Shown here: positions 43,836 through 53,805 of the stretch, piece by piece
Position numbering within the stretch: the first letter of the stretch is position 1
Layout of the letters: each line of letters opens with the position of its first letter
Assembly (NCBI GenBank): GCA_963827475.1
Contig: CAWHAZ010000004.1
Coordinates: 201,312 to 265,311 of the forward strand
Length of the DNA stretch: 64,000 nucleotides
From: an uncultured Chloroflexia bacterium
GTDB taxonomy: Bacteria > Chloroflexota > Limnocylindria > QHBO01
Direction: 5' to 3'
Made by a program: the position numbers and the translations under genes
The notes under the pieces: model-generated
Told to the model about the DNA's origin: nothing
Databases searched by the model: none
The model's input: only the letters and a program-made list of their open reading frames with translations

Positions 43836-44848
43836 CTACCGGTCATTTGTCCTGACGGCTCCGAGGGTTTCCCCCGAATCCACTGCGGGGCGACGAACCA
43901 CTGCGGCCAGCCACACGCTGTGCGTCCCCGTTACTCGCCGGATGCCAGCGAGACCAAGTGGCAGGGCAGCGATCATGGCAGTCAGCACGTGACCCCAGTA
44001 GATGTCCGGTTGCGGACGGTCATCGCCAGCCCCAAAAAGGCAAAGGACAGACGATCATTTCGAACTCCCCAGGCGCCGATGAGCAGGGCAGACCGCGACC
44101 AGGTATCCGACGCCGGCCTCCCGGCGCACGCGAATGAGGGAGCGCGTAGTCCGGGCAACCGGGCACGGAGTTTCCCAACGCGACGTAGCCAGTCGGTCCA
44201 GTAACCCGGCGTGGATGAACCAATGTCGCCGACCGAGGAACTGCCGCCGAGATGACGAGAGGAATGCCGACGACACCCTTCTGTCCGAACGGTCCAGACC
44301 AGGCCCATCAGCGGGTAGACCTTGATCGCGCCGAACAGGAGTGCCGGGATCGCAGACCACCGCGGCCAGAGCCACATGGCGCCAACGGCGGCAGCGACCA
44401 TCGGTGACATGTAACCAGTTCTCAATCCCGCCATCGCAGGGTGGGCCAGCGCAACGGCGGCGATCCCGAGCGCCGCAGGGAACGGAAGGCGCCCGAGTTC
44501 CCTGCGCACGATCAGCAGCACCACCGCCACCAGCGCCGCGATACTCAGCAGATTCCACGCATAGAAGAAGGCCTCGCCCAAGGTGAATGGAACGAGCAGG
44601 AGCGCTCCCGATGGCGGATAGACGAATCCCCTCCCCCAGGCGGCCGCGTCGAGCCAGTACGGGCCCGCCAACTGCATGGCGGAGTACGGTGAGGTCCCGC
44701 CCCAGATTCGACCGGAGCCCTCCGCATACGAGAGCGCGTCCGCCCAACCAGAGACTGTGAACTCTTCAGCGAAGAGGCTCACCGAGGCCGCCAGAAACGC
44801 AAGCGAGTCCCAGAGCCGTGAACGCCCACCAGGCCAGTTTGCGGGCAT
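43836..44848 (-). CDS. GT87/DUF2029-like glycosyltransferase (frameshifted)
   Basis: D..SY..G..RI..G.SPY, FVYPP..ALL..PF, IKVYP. Confidence 0.75.
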
Positions 44849-44987
44849 AGCCGCTGGTGAAGGGGTCCCGCCATGAGGACCGAGATGGGCACTAGTCCTG
44901 TGGACACGGGTCCTGAGAGTACGGCCAGTCCGCAAGTCGGGCCGCTCTGCTCCATCGGCCGCGCGGCCCACCAGTCCGCGCTAGCCT

Positions 44988-45884
44988 ATGTAATCGGCGC
45001 GGTTCTCGTGGCGGCTCTGCGCCTCCCCGGTCATCGTCGTCGGTATCCCGCGCCAACTCCGACCTCGGACTGCCGAGTGGTGTCGGTCGGTCATCGCCGC
45101 GGCGGCGACATCGCCGCGTGCGACTCCGACGGGGACGAGGCCACGGCGGCGCTGCTGGACGAGCTGGACGGGACCATCCTCGTGCCGGGCGATCTCGCCT
45201 ACCCGAGCGGGACGGCCGCGGACTTCGCCAGCTGCTACGACCCGTCGTGGGGCCGGCACAAGGACCGGACCCGGCCGGTTCCGGGCAACCACGAGTACGA
45301 GACCGACGGCGCGGCCGCGTACTTCGACTACTTCGGGGCGGCGGCCGGCGACGCCGGCCGAGGGCTGGCACGCCTTCGATCTCGGGGCGTGGCGGATCAT
45401 CGGTCTGAACTCGAACTGCGACGAGATCGGCGGCTGCGGCGCCGAATCGCCGCAGGGCGCCTGGCTCAGCGAGGACCTGGAGACCAACCGAGCCGAGCCT
45501 GCACGCTCGCGTTCTGGCACCACCCGCGCTGGAGCTCGGGCGTGGAGCACGGGTCGAGCGCCGCGACCGATGCCTTCTGGCGGCTGCTCCACGACGCCGG
45601 CGCGGACCTGGTCCTGACCGCCCACGACCACCAGTACGAGCGCTTCCAGCCCGATGGACGCGGACGGCGCAGCCGGATCCCGACGGCATGGTCGAGTTCG
45701 TGGTCGGCACCGGCGGGCGGTCGCTGTACGAGCTTCGCCGAGATCCTGCCCACCAGCGCCGCCCACGACAACTCGACCTACGGCGTCCTGCAGCTCACGC
45801 TCCGCCCGGACGGCTACGACTGGGAGTTCGTCTCCGCCACCGGCACGACGCTTCGCCGACTCCGGCACCGCCGCCTGCCGCTGA
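44988..45884 (+). CDS. Calcineurin-like metallophosphoesterase (frameshifted; start approximate)
   Basis: GDIA, GD.AY, PGNHEY, LNSN, WHHP, AHDH.YER, VGTGG. Confidence 0.82.
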
Positions 45885-45940
45885 GGCACGGCGGTCGGGA
45901 GCGGGTCGAGCCGGCTGAGGCGCGCGTACACTCCCCGGAC

Positions 45941-48900
45941 GTGATCGGCTGCCCGAACTGCGGAACCGAGAATCCCGAGCACGCCCGCTTCTGCCTGTCG
46001 TGCGGCACCGCGCTGGCCGCCACGGCGCCGGCACGGGGCGAAGAGCGGAAGGTCGTCTCGGTCCTGTTCGCGGACCTGGTGGGATTCACCTCGGCCTCGG
46101 ACAAGGCCGACCCGGAGGACGTCCTCGCCACCCTGCGCCCGTACCACGCCCTGCTCCGGGCCGAGATCGAGCGCTACGGCGGCACGGTCGAGAAGTTCAT
46201 CGGGGACGCGGTCATGGCCGTCTTCGGCGCGCCGGTCGCCCACGAGGACGACGCGGAGCGGGCGGTGCGCGCCGGGCTGCGGATCGTCGAGGCGCTGACC
46301 GAGCTCAACAACGAACGCCCCGGCCAAGACCTCGCCGTCCGGGTGGCGGTGAACACCGGCGAGGCGATCGTCAGCCTGGGGGCACGCCCGGAACAGGGCG
46401 AGGGGATGGTGGCCGGCGACGTGGTGAACACCGCCTCACGGCTCCAGCAGGTGGCGCCGGTCGGCGGCGGTGGTGGTCGGCGAGGGCACGTGGCGGGCGA
46501 CCCAGCAGATGATCGACTTCGAACCGATGGACGCGGTCGAGGTGAAGGGCAAGGCGGAGCCGATCCCGGTCTGGCGGGCGATCCAGGCCCGCAGCCGGTT
46601 CATCGTGGAGGTGGACCGCCCGACGAACCCGTTCATCGGTCGCACGAGCGAGCTCGAGCTGCTCCGGCAGGCCTATCGGCGGATGATCCGGGAGGAATCG
46701 GTCCAGCTGGTGACCGTCACCGGCGAGCCGGGCGTCGGGAAGAGCCGGCTCATCGGGGAGTTCTTCGCCTGGGCCGACAGCGAGCCGGAGCTGTTCTTCT
46801 GGCGCCACGGCCGATGCCTGCCCTACGGCGACGGGGTCACCTTCTGGGCGCTGGGCGAGATCATCAAGGCCCAGGCCGGCATCCTCGAGACCGATGGACC
46901 GGAGGAGGCCGACACCAAGCTGCGCGAGGCGGTGGCGCTCGTCGTCGAGGACGAGGCCGACCGCGACTGGATCAGCGGCCAGCTCGCCGCCCTGGTCGGG
47001 TCGCGCCCCGGGGCGGCGGCCTCGGCCGACCGGGCCGAGACGTTCTCCGCCTGGCGCGCGTTCCTGGAGGCGATGGCCGCCTTCCGGCCGCTGATCCTGG
47101 TCATCGAGGACCTCCACTGGGCCGACGACGCGATGATCGAGTTCGTCGAGTACCTCGCCGAGTGGGCGACCGGGGTACCGCTGCTCATCCTGTGCACCGC
47201 CCGCCCGGAGCTGTACGAGCGGCGGCCGGGATGGGGCGGCGGGAAGCGGAACTCGACGACGGTCGCGCTCAGCCCGCTCCAGGCCGATGAGATCGCCGCC
47301 CTGGTGTCGGCCATGCTCGAGGAGACGCTCCTGCCGGCCGAGACGCAGGCCGCGCTCCTCGAGCGGGCCGGCGGCAACCCGCTGTACGCCGAGGAGTTCG
47401 TCCGGATGCTCACCGACCGCGGCATCCTCCAGCCGGCAGGGCCGCGCGTGGCAGATCGTGGCCGACGGCGACATCCCGGTGCCGGACACCGTCCAGGCGC
47501 TGATCGCAGCCCGGATGGACACGCTGTCGCCGGAGCGCAAGACGCTCCTCCACGACGCGGCGGTCATCGGCCGGGTGTTCTGGCCCGGCGCGCTGGCCAC
47601 GATGGGCGGGGCGGATCCGGACCGACGTCGTGGCCGGGCTCCACGACCTGCTGCGCAAGGAGCTGGTCCGCCCCGTCCGCCGCTCGTCGATGCAGGGCGA
47701 GGACGAGTTCACGTTCTGGCACATCCTCGTCCGCGACGTGGCCTACGCCCAGATCCCGCGCGCCCAGCGGGCGGAGCGCCACCGCAAGGCGGCCGGCTGG
47801 ATCGAGCGCGCCGCCGGGGAGCGGGTCGGGCGACCACGCCGACATCCTGGCCCATCACTACCTCCAGGCCATCGAGCTGGGAGCGACGGGGAGTGGCGAG
47901 GAGGATGCCGAGCTGCGGGCGTCGGCCAGCCGCTACCTCTTCCTCGCCGGCGAGCGGGCCAACCAGCTCGACAAGGCGCGCGCCGAGCAGCTGTACCGGC
48001 AGGCACTGGAGCTGGTGCCCGCCGGCAGCCTGGAGGAGGCGGAGATCCGGCTCAGCCTCGGCGCCAGCCTGTTCAGCGCCGGGCGCGACTCCGCGGAGGA
48101 GCATCGCGCTGCTCGAGGGCGCCGAGGCGATGTTCGCCACCCACGGCGAGGTCACCCGCGCGGCGTTCGCCAAGACCATCCGGGCCATGGTGCTCCGACA
48201 CCGGAACGAGATGGACCTCAGCCGCGCTCTGCTGGCCGAGGCACGGGAGACGCTCGAGCGCCAGCCGCCCGGGATCGAGCTGGTGCGGGTGTACGCCGCC
48301 CTCGGCGGGGATGCCATGCTCCGATCCCTGTACCCTGAGTCGTGGAGCTATGCCCAGAAGGCGATCGACCTCGCCGAGCAGCTCGGCCGCCCCGAGCTGA
48401 AGGTGCGACCCATGCAGTACCGCGGCTGGGCGCGATGGGACGCGCGCGACGCGGAGGGCGCAAAGGCAGACCTCGGGCGCGCGGTGGAGCTGGGCCTCCA
48501 GGTGGGCGACGCCAGCAGAGACGGCGATCGCCTACAACAACTACGCGGGCCTCCGCTGGGCGTGCGGAGGGACCGGTGGCCGGCCTGGAAACGTGCGGGG
48601 AGGGCATGGCGTTCGTCGGCCCGCCGCGGGATGGAGGGGCCGCGGCTCTGGAGTCGCTCGGAGAAGCACGTTCTGCCTGTACGACCTCGGGCGCTGGGAC
48701 GAACTCCTGGCGGTCGCCGAAGAGGTCGAGACGGAGGCCGCGGACAGCGGACGTGGACGCAGATTGCCGGGTTCAGCCGTCCCGATGCGGGTCAAGGTCC
48801 ACTTCTACCGCGGCCAGCCGCGGAGGCCGCAGACGCCGCGGCCACCGCCCTGCCGGCCGCCCGAGAGGCCGGCGATCCCCAGCTGCTGATCCCGGCACTC

Positions 48901-49397
48901 GAGGCCCAGGCGCTGCTCGACGTCGCCGCCGGCCAGGCCGCGCGAGGCGATCCGACGCGCTGGAGGAGATCGAGCGGATCACGGCCGAGACGACGCCACT
49001 GGTCGGCTCGCTTGCGGCCGAGCTCGTTCGCGTGGCGTGCCGGGCCGGTGACCTGGGCCTCGCCCATCGGCTGGTGGACAGCAACCCGGCCATGCCCGGG
49101 CGATCGGAGAGCATCGTGGTCAGCGGGCGGGCGGTCATCGCCGAGGCCGAGGGCCGGCTCGAGGAGGCGGCGGACGGGCTTCCTGGACGCCGCTGCGCGG
49201 TGGGCGGCTTACGGGTCAGTCATGGAACAGGGCCACGCGCTCATCGGCGCGGGGCGGTGCCTGATCGCGCTCGGTCGGCCAGCGAGGCGGCGGACGCCGC
49301 TCCGCGCGGCTCGAGAGCTGTTCGCGGGCCTGGCGCCACGGTCCTGATGGCCGAGGTCGACGACCTGCTGGCCCAGACCACCGCCCGCGCCGGCTAG
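45941..49397 (+). CDS. Zinc-ribbon + class III adenylate/guanylate cyclase + STAND/AAA ATPase + TPR protein (frameshifted)
   Basis: CPNCG..N...ARFC.SCG, VLFADLVGFT, KFIGDAVMAVFG, GDVVNTASRLQ, GEPGVGKS, EDLHWAD, GGNP. Confidence 0.9.
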
Positions 49398-50245
49398 AGC
49401 GGAGCGAGGCTCCAGCGGCCGCGGCCCTCATCGGCCGTTCGCCGGTCAGCCACGTACAGAACGCGGCACTCCCCGCCAGCAGGGCGAGGGACGAGGTCCA
49501 CACGTTGGGCAGGGCGAGCATGACCCCGATCGGCAGCAGCCACGACCGGTTCCACCGCGCGGCGACCACGATCACGACCACCGCGATCGGCAGCCGGACG
49601 AGGAACGGCAGCGGGATGACCTGGATCCGCGGGTCCGACCCGACGTTGGCCACCAGCAGCGAGATCCACTCCGCCCACAGCTCGGCCGAGAACAGGACCG
49701 ATACGCCCACGATCGCCGCCGTCAGGCCCAGCCCGACCCACAGCGCGCGCCACTCCCCGCGCAGGGGGTGCCACAGGATCCCGATCCCCGGCGTGACCTT
49801 GGTGAGGAACGGGAACGCCCACGCCCCCGCGCCCCACGGTTGGCGCCACACGGCGAGGACGACCGCCCCGGCCAGGAAGACGTGGATGTTGCCGCGCAGG
49901 ATGTCGTCGACGACCCCCGGAAAGGCGAGCATCCACGGCACCCGCATCCAGAACAGGATCCCGATCGCGAGCCCGGTCCACAGGGCCGCGAACGACCGGC
50001 CAGGGGAGCAGGGTGAACGGGTAGAGGAGCTGGGCGAAGGCGGGGGAGTAGACGTAGGCCTCGTAGTCCAGCCACGGGATGTCGTACAGGCCGCCGTCCC
50101 ACGCGTTCCACATGCCGTAGGCATCGAACATCGGTCCGTACTCGGGGACGGGCTCGGCATACGGCACGATCCGCAGCCACACCGCGGCGATGTAGATCAG
50201 GCCGGCCAGGGTCAGGCCATGCCGCAGCGCGTCCCAGCGCGTCAC
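49394..50245 (-). CDS. GT87/DUF2029-like glycosyltransferase (frameshift ~50000)
   Basis: D.Y..W, YVYSPAFAQ...PF, GNIH, TKVTP. Confidence 0.78.
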   Translation of the reverse strand: MTRWDALRHGLTLAGLIYIAAVWLRIVPYAEPVPEYGPMFDAYGMWNAWDGGLYDIPWLDYEAYVYSPAFAQLLYPFTLLPWPVVRGPVDRARDRDPVLDAGAVDARLSGGRRRHPARQHPRLPGRGGRPRRVAPTVGRGGVGVPVPHQGHAGDRDPVAPPARGVARAVGRAGPDGGDRGRIGPVLGRAVGGVDLAAGGQRRVGPADPGHPAAVPRPAADRGGRDRGRRAVEPVVAAADRGHARPAQRVDLVPRPAGGECRVLYVADRRTADEGRGRWSLAPL

Positions 50246-50400
50246 GGCAGATTGAGGTCAGGTTGCTCGTTGATCTCGATGATCGGCTGCTGCATCGGCC
50301 CGCCGAGGGGGTAGTCGAGGATCGGCAGCTCCAATCCGGCCAGCTTCCAGGCGCCGACGAGCACGATCACGACGAGCGCGACGGCCAGCAGGAACCTCAT
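50242..50400 (-). CDS. Small membrane-anchored protein (52 aa)
   Basis: Manual translation MRFLLAVALVVIVLVGAWKLAGLELPILDYPLGGPMQQPIIEINEQPDLNLP; stop overlaps the GT87 GTG start. Confidence 0.6.
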   Translation of the reverse strand: MRFLLAVALVVIVLVGAWKLAGLELPILDYPLGGPMQQPIIEINEQPDLNLP

Positions 50401-50539
50401 GGCCCGCAAGATACTCCGGTCACCCCGCCGCGGAACAGACCGATGGTCCCGACTACAGTAGCCAGACCATGACCGATTTTCGATCCACGGCTTCGATCAC
50501 GATCAACGCCATCGCCGCCTTGAAGGAGCTGGTCGAGTC

Positions 50540-51460
50540 GTGATCGGTACCCAGCCAACCGTCATCGAGTGGCTGCTGGACTCCGATCCTGCCATCCGCT
50601 GGCAGGTCATGCGCGACCTGACCGATGCGCCCGCCGAGGACGTCGCCGCCGAGCGGGCGAAGGTCGCCACCGAGGGCTGGGGCGCCCAGCTGCTGGCGCT
50701 GCAGCCACCGGACGGAGCGTGGGGCGGCGGCGCCTACAAGCCCGACTGGACCGCCACCACGGCGACCCTCCAGCTGCTGCGCCACTTCGGCGTGGACCCG
50801 ACGCAGGAGGCCGTGCGGCGCGCCATCGGCCTTGTCCGCGCCAACGTTCGGTGGGAGTACGACGACCTGCCCTACTTCGACGGCGAGGTCGAGCCGTGCA
50901 TCAACGGGCAGGCCGTCGCCGTGGGCGCCTACTTCGGCCAGGACGTGCGCGTCATCGTCGACCGGCTGCTGACCGAGCAGATGGAGGATGGCGGCTGGAA
51001 CTGCGAGCAGGAAAACGGCTCGGTGCGCGGTTCGTTCGACACCTCGATCAACGTGCTGGAGGGCCTCCTCGAGTACGAGCGGGCGGTCGGTGGGGACAGC
51101 GACGTCGCGGCGGCACGCGTCCGCGGGCAGGAGTACCTGCTCGAGCGGGGGCTTCTCCGTCGCCTGACCACCGGCGAGGTCGGCGACCGCAAGTGGCTCT
51201 ACCTCCCGTTCCCCTACGGGTGGCATTACAACGTCCTGCGCGCGCTCGACCATCTCCGAAATGCCGGCGCCACACCGGACGAGCGCATCGCCGAGCCGAT
51301 CCAGCTGGTCGAGTCCAAGCGCAGCGCCGACGGCCGCTGGAGCCCGGAGCTGGCCCTCCACGACGAGATGCCCGTCGACCTCGGCGAGCGCGTGGACGAG
51401 CCGAGCCGATGGATCACGCTGCACGCCCTGCGCGTGCTCCGCTGGGCCGGGAGAACCTAG
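50540..51460 (+). CDS. Prenyltransferase/squalene-cyclase-repeat protein
   Basis: WLLDSDPAIRWQV.RDL, Q..DG.W, EPCING, Q..DGGWNC, PSRWITL.A.RVL. Confidence 0.75.
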   Translation: MIGTQPTVIEWLLDSDPAIRWQVMRDLTDAPAEDVAAERAKVATEGWGAQLLALQPPDGAWGGGAYKPDWTATTATLQLLRHFGVDPTQEAVRRAIGLVRANVRWEYDDLPYFDGEVEPCINGQAVAVGAYFGQDVRVIVDRLLTEQMEDGGWNCEQENGSVRGSFDTSINVLEGLLEYERAVGGDSDVAAARVRGQEYLLERGLLRRLTTGEVGDRKWLYLPFPYGWHYNVLRALDHLRNAGATPDERIAEPIQLVESKRSADGRWSPELALHDEMPVDLGERVDEPSRWITLHALRVLRWAGRT

Positions 51461-51471
51461 ACTCCACCACG

Positions 51472-51918
51472 ATGAGCAATCGGGGCGTGGTCGAAGCCTA
51501 TGCAAAGGCATTCGCCGAAGACGACCTGGACACCCAGGACGCCCTGGTCCACGACGACTACGTGCTCGACTACCCGCAGTCCGGCGAGCGCTTCCGCGGC
51601 AGGGCCAATCGACGGGCGATCATCGAGAACTACCCCAACCGGGTCGAGGGCGACATCAGGCCGTCCGTCGATCGGATCATCGGCTCGGACGACAAGTTCA
51701 TCTCCGGGGTCCAGCCGGGCTGGAACATGATCCACCTGTCGGGCTCGGGCGACGACTTCCAGGCCACCGGCGTGATCAAGTACCCCGACGGCAGTGTCTG
51801 GCATTACGTCACGCTCATGACGCTGCGTGGCGGCAAGATCTGGCGCGAGACCACCTACTTTGCCGAGCCATTCGAGGCGCCGGACTGGCGCGCGCCGTAC
51901 GCGGAGCGCATCGAGTAG
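51472..51918 (+). CDS. SnoaL-like / NTF2-family protein
   Basis: H.D.V.DYPQSGE..RG..N, GKI.RE..YF.EPFEAP.WR. Confidence 0.8.
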   Translation: MSNRGVVEAYAKAFAEDDLDTQDALVHDDYVLDYPQSGERFRGRANRRAIIENYPNRVEGDIRPSVDRIIGSDDKFISGVQPGWNMIHLSGSGDDFQATGVIKYPDGSVWHYVTLMTLRGGKIWRETTYFAEPFEAPDWRAPYAERIE

Positions 51919-51919
51919 G

Positions 51920-51954
51920 TTGACAGGCGTACGGTCTACTGTACAGTAGGCCGT
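51920..51954 (+). promoter_or_regulatory. TA promoter with TGTACA-centred operator palindrome
   Basis: TTGACA-N16-TACAGT; ACGGTCTACTGTACAGTAGGCCGT near-perfect 24-bp palindrome just before the ATG. Confidence 0.75.
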
Positions 51955-51955
51955 C

Positions 51956-52258
51956 ATGAAGACGGTCCCCATCACTGAGCTCCGGAAGCGCATCTCGGAC
52001 GTCATTGACGACGTGTACGAGACCGATGAGCCCACGGTCGTGCTCCAGCGATCGAAGAAGGCGGCCTACATCGTCAGCCCGGAGCAGTACGAGCGGGACC
52101 AGGCGGAGCTCGCGAGCCTACGGCGAGAGATTTTCCTCATGGAGGTCCGTGAGTCCGAGGCGGAGCTGGCGGCAGGGGGAGGCAAGGCATTCGACGACGT
52201 CGAGGAGCTCATCCGCTACCTGGATCCCGGACGAAAGGCGCACGCTGACCCGAAGTGA
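51956..52258 (+). CDS. Phd/YefM-family antitoxin
   Basis: V.ITELR.....I..V....EP.VV.......A.IVS.E.YE. Confidence 0.85.
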   Translation: MKTVPITELRKRISDVIDDVYETDEPTVVLQRSKKAAYIVSPEQYERDQAELASLRREIFLMEVRESEAELAAGGGKAFDDVEELIRYLDPGRKAHADPK

Positions 52259-52508
52259 GGCTGGCTGTCACCCGCCGATTCGAGCGCAGCGCCAAGAAAC
52301 TGAAAGATCCAGAGGCCCTCATGCTTCATGGGGCATTGCTACGCTTCGCCAAGGATCCGCGCGACCCGCTGCTCCGGACTCACAAGCTCGAAGGCAAGCT
52401 CGAGGCTACTGGGCGTTCAGCGTGGATCGAGACATCCGCGTCCTCTTCCAGTGGGACGGTGACGATGCGGTCCTCTACAACGTGGGCCGTCACGACCAGG
52501 TCTACTGA
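52255..52508 (+). CDS. RelE/YafQ-like mRNA interferase toxin (frameshift ~52400)
   Basis: T.RF.RS.KKL, P.LRTHKL.GKL, WAFSV..D.R..F, VG.HD.VY. Confidence 0.8.
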
Positions 52509-52517
52509 GCGTCCGAC

Positions 52518-53153
52518 ATGAGCTCTCACCGCTTCCCTCGAGGCGCTGGTCGAGGAGCACGACCGGATAGGCTCTCCCCTACGCGAACGCCTCGCGCCGG
52601 GCGTGCCGCGGGATCAGATCGAATCCGAGGTGACGGCCCTCGGGCTCTCTCCTCCGGAGGACCTGATCGAGCTATTCGCGTGGCACGAGGTACGCGACGA
52701 CCCAGGTGACAAGTGGCGCGTCACCTGGTTCTGGCCGGCATCGCCATTCCGTTTGAACGAGGCGATTGCCGAATACCACCACGCGATGAGCATCGGCGGG
52801 GTCACGCCAGCCGAGCTCGACGGCACATCGCGGCAGCCGGGCCGGGCTCGACGATGACGGGCTTCTGGCGGTCGGACTGGTTCCCCATCCTGGACGGAGG
52901 GGAGGGCGCGGTGCAATGCGCCATCAACGGCGAGACACTCGAGGGGTCACCAGTCTGGCGCCAGAACTGGCACCCAAACGAGAACTTCCAGGCGGCCCAG
53001 CTCGCCCCGACACTCACCGAATTCGTCGACCGGATCGTGGAGCTCTTCCGCGCCGGCGCCTATCACTGGGATGCCGAGTCCCAGGCGATCACGACCGTGG
53101 ACGAAGTCTTCGATCGACTCGGTTTGGCTGCGACATACCGGCCGTGGCCCTGA
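52518..53153 (+). CDS. SMI1/KNR4 (SUKH)-like immunity protein (frameshifted)
   Basis: L.PG...I......LGL.PP.DL.EL..WH, W..DWFPI, L.E.....V. Confidence 0.68.
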
Positions 53154-53167
53154 GGCCGCCGACGACA

Positions 53168-53773
53168 TGACTGAAGTCCCCGATCGGTTCCGTGCGCTGA
53201 TCGACGAGCTGGCGCGCCTCGGGTCGCCCATCGGCCGGTTCCTGCGGCCAGGGCCGGCCGGCGGGCGCAGTCGTCGCGGCGCTGGCCCCGCTTCAGCTCG
53301 CGGCGCCGTCGGAGCTCATCGATTGGTTCGGTCTGCAGGACGGGCCGGACGATGATGGGTTGCAACGGGCCGACCCGGGCGCTTCGCCGCTGGAGGTGTT
53401 CCCGGGCGTCCGCCTCCTGACCCTGGATCAGGCGGTGGCCCAGTGCCTCGACATGCGCCGAAGTGCTGCCGAGCTCGGGGAAGAAGCGGAGGAGTACTGG
53501 AGCTCTGACTGGTTCCCGATCGGGTACGGCCCGGGAAGCATTTTCGCGGTCCCGTGCCCGGCAGAGTCTCCGAACGAGCGGGCCGCGGTCTGGCGCTTCA
53601 TATCGCACCCAGGGAAATCGGAGACCGGCCCCGTGACGGAGACCCTTGCCGAGCTCATCGATCGATGGGCTGCGGAGATCCGGGCCGGGAGCGTCTATTG
53701 GCACACGGGGTACCGGTCGCTCGAGCCCGCCGACGACGAAGCCTTGCGGCTCGAGACCGAGGGCCTGTCCTGA
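53168..53773 (+). CDS. SMI1/KNR4 (SUKH)-like immunity protein (frameshifted)
   Basis: GSP....L.PG, P.ELI.WF...DG, LL.LD.A, W..DWFPI; paralog of the upstream gene. Confidence 0.68.
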
Positions 53774-53805
53774 GCCGTAACCCGATTTCTCCTAGCATCC
53801 GGCGG

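Noticed and set aside
44873-47290. Phosphoesterase-adenylate cyclase fusion ORF
   Set aside because: Phosphoesterase motifs are spread over three frames and end at TGA 45884; the cyclase has its own GTG start and zinc ribbon
50540-51460. Squalene-hopene cyclase / hopanoid pathway
   Set aside because: Only ~306 aa, no DXDD motif and no hpn genes nearby; only a QW-like repeat fold is supported
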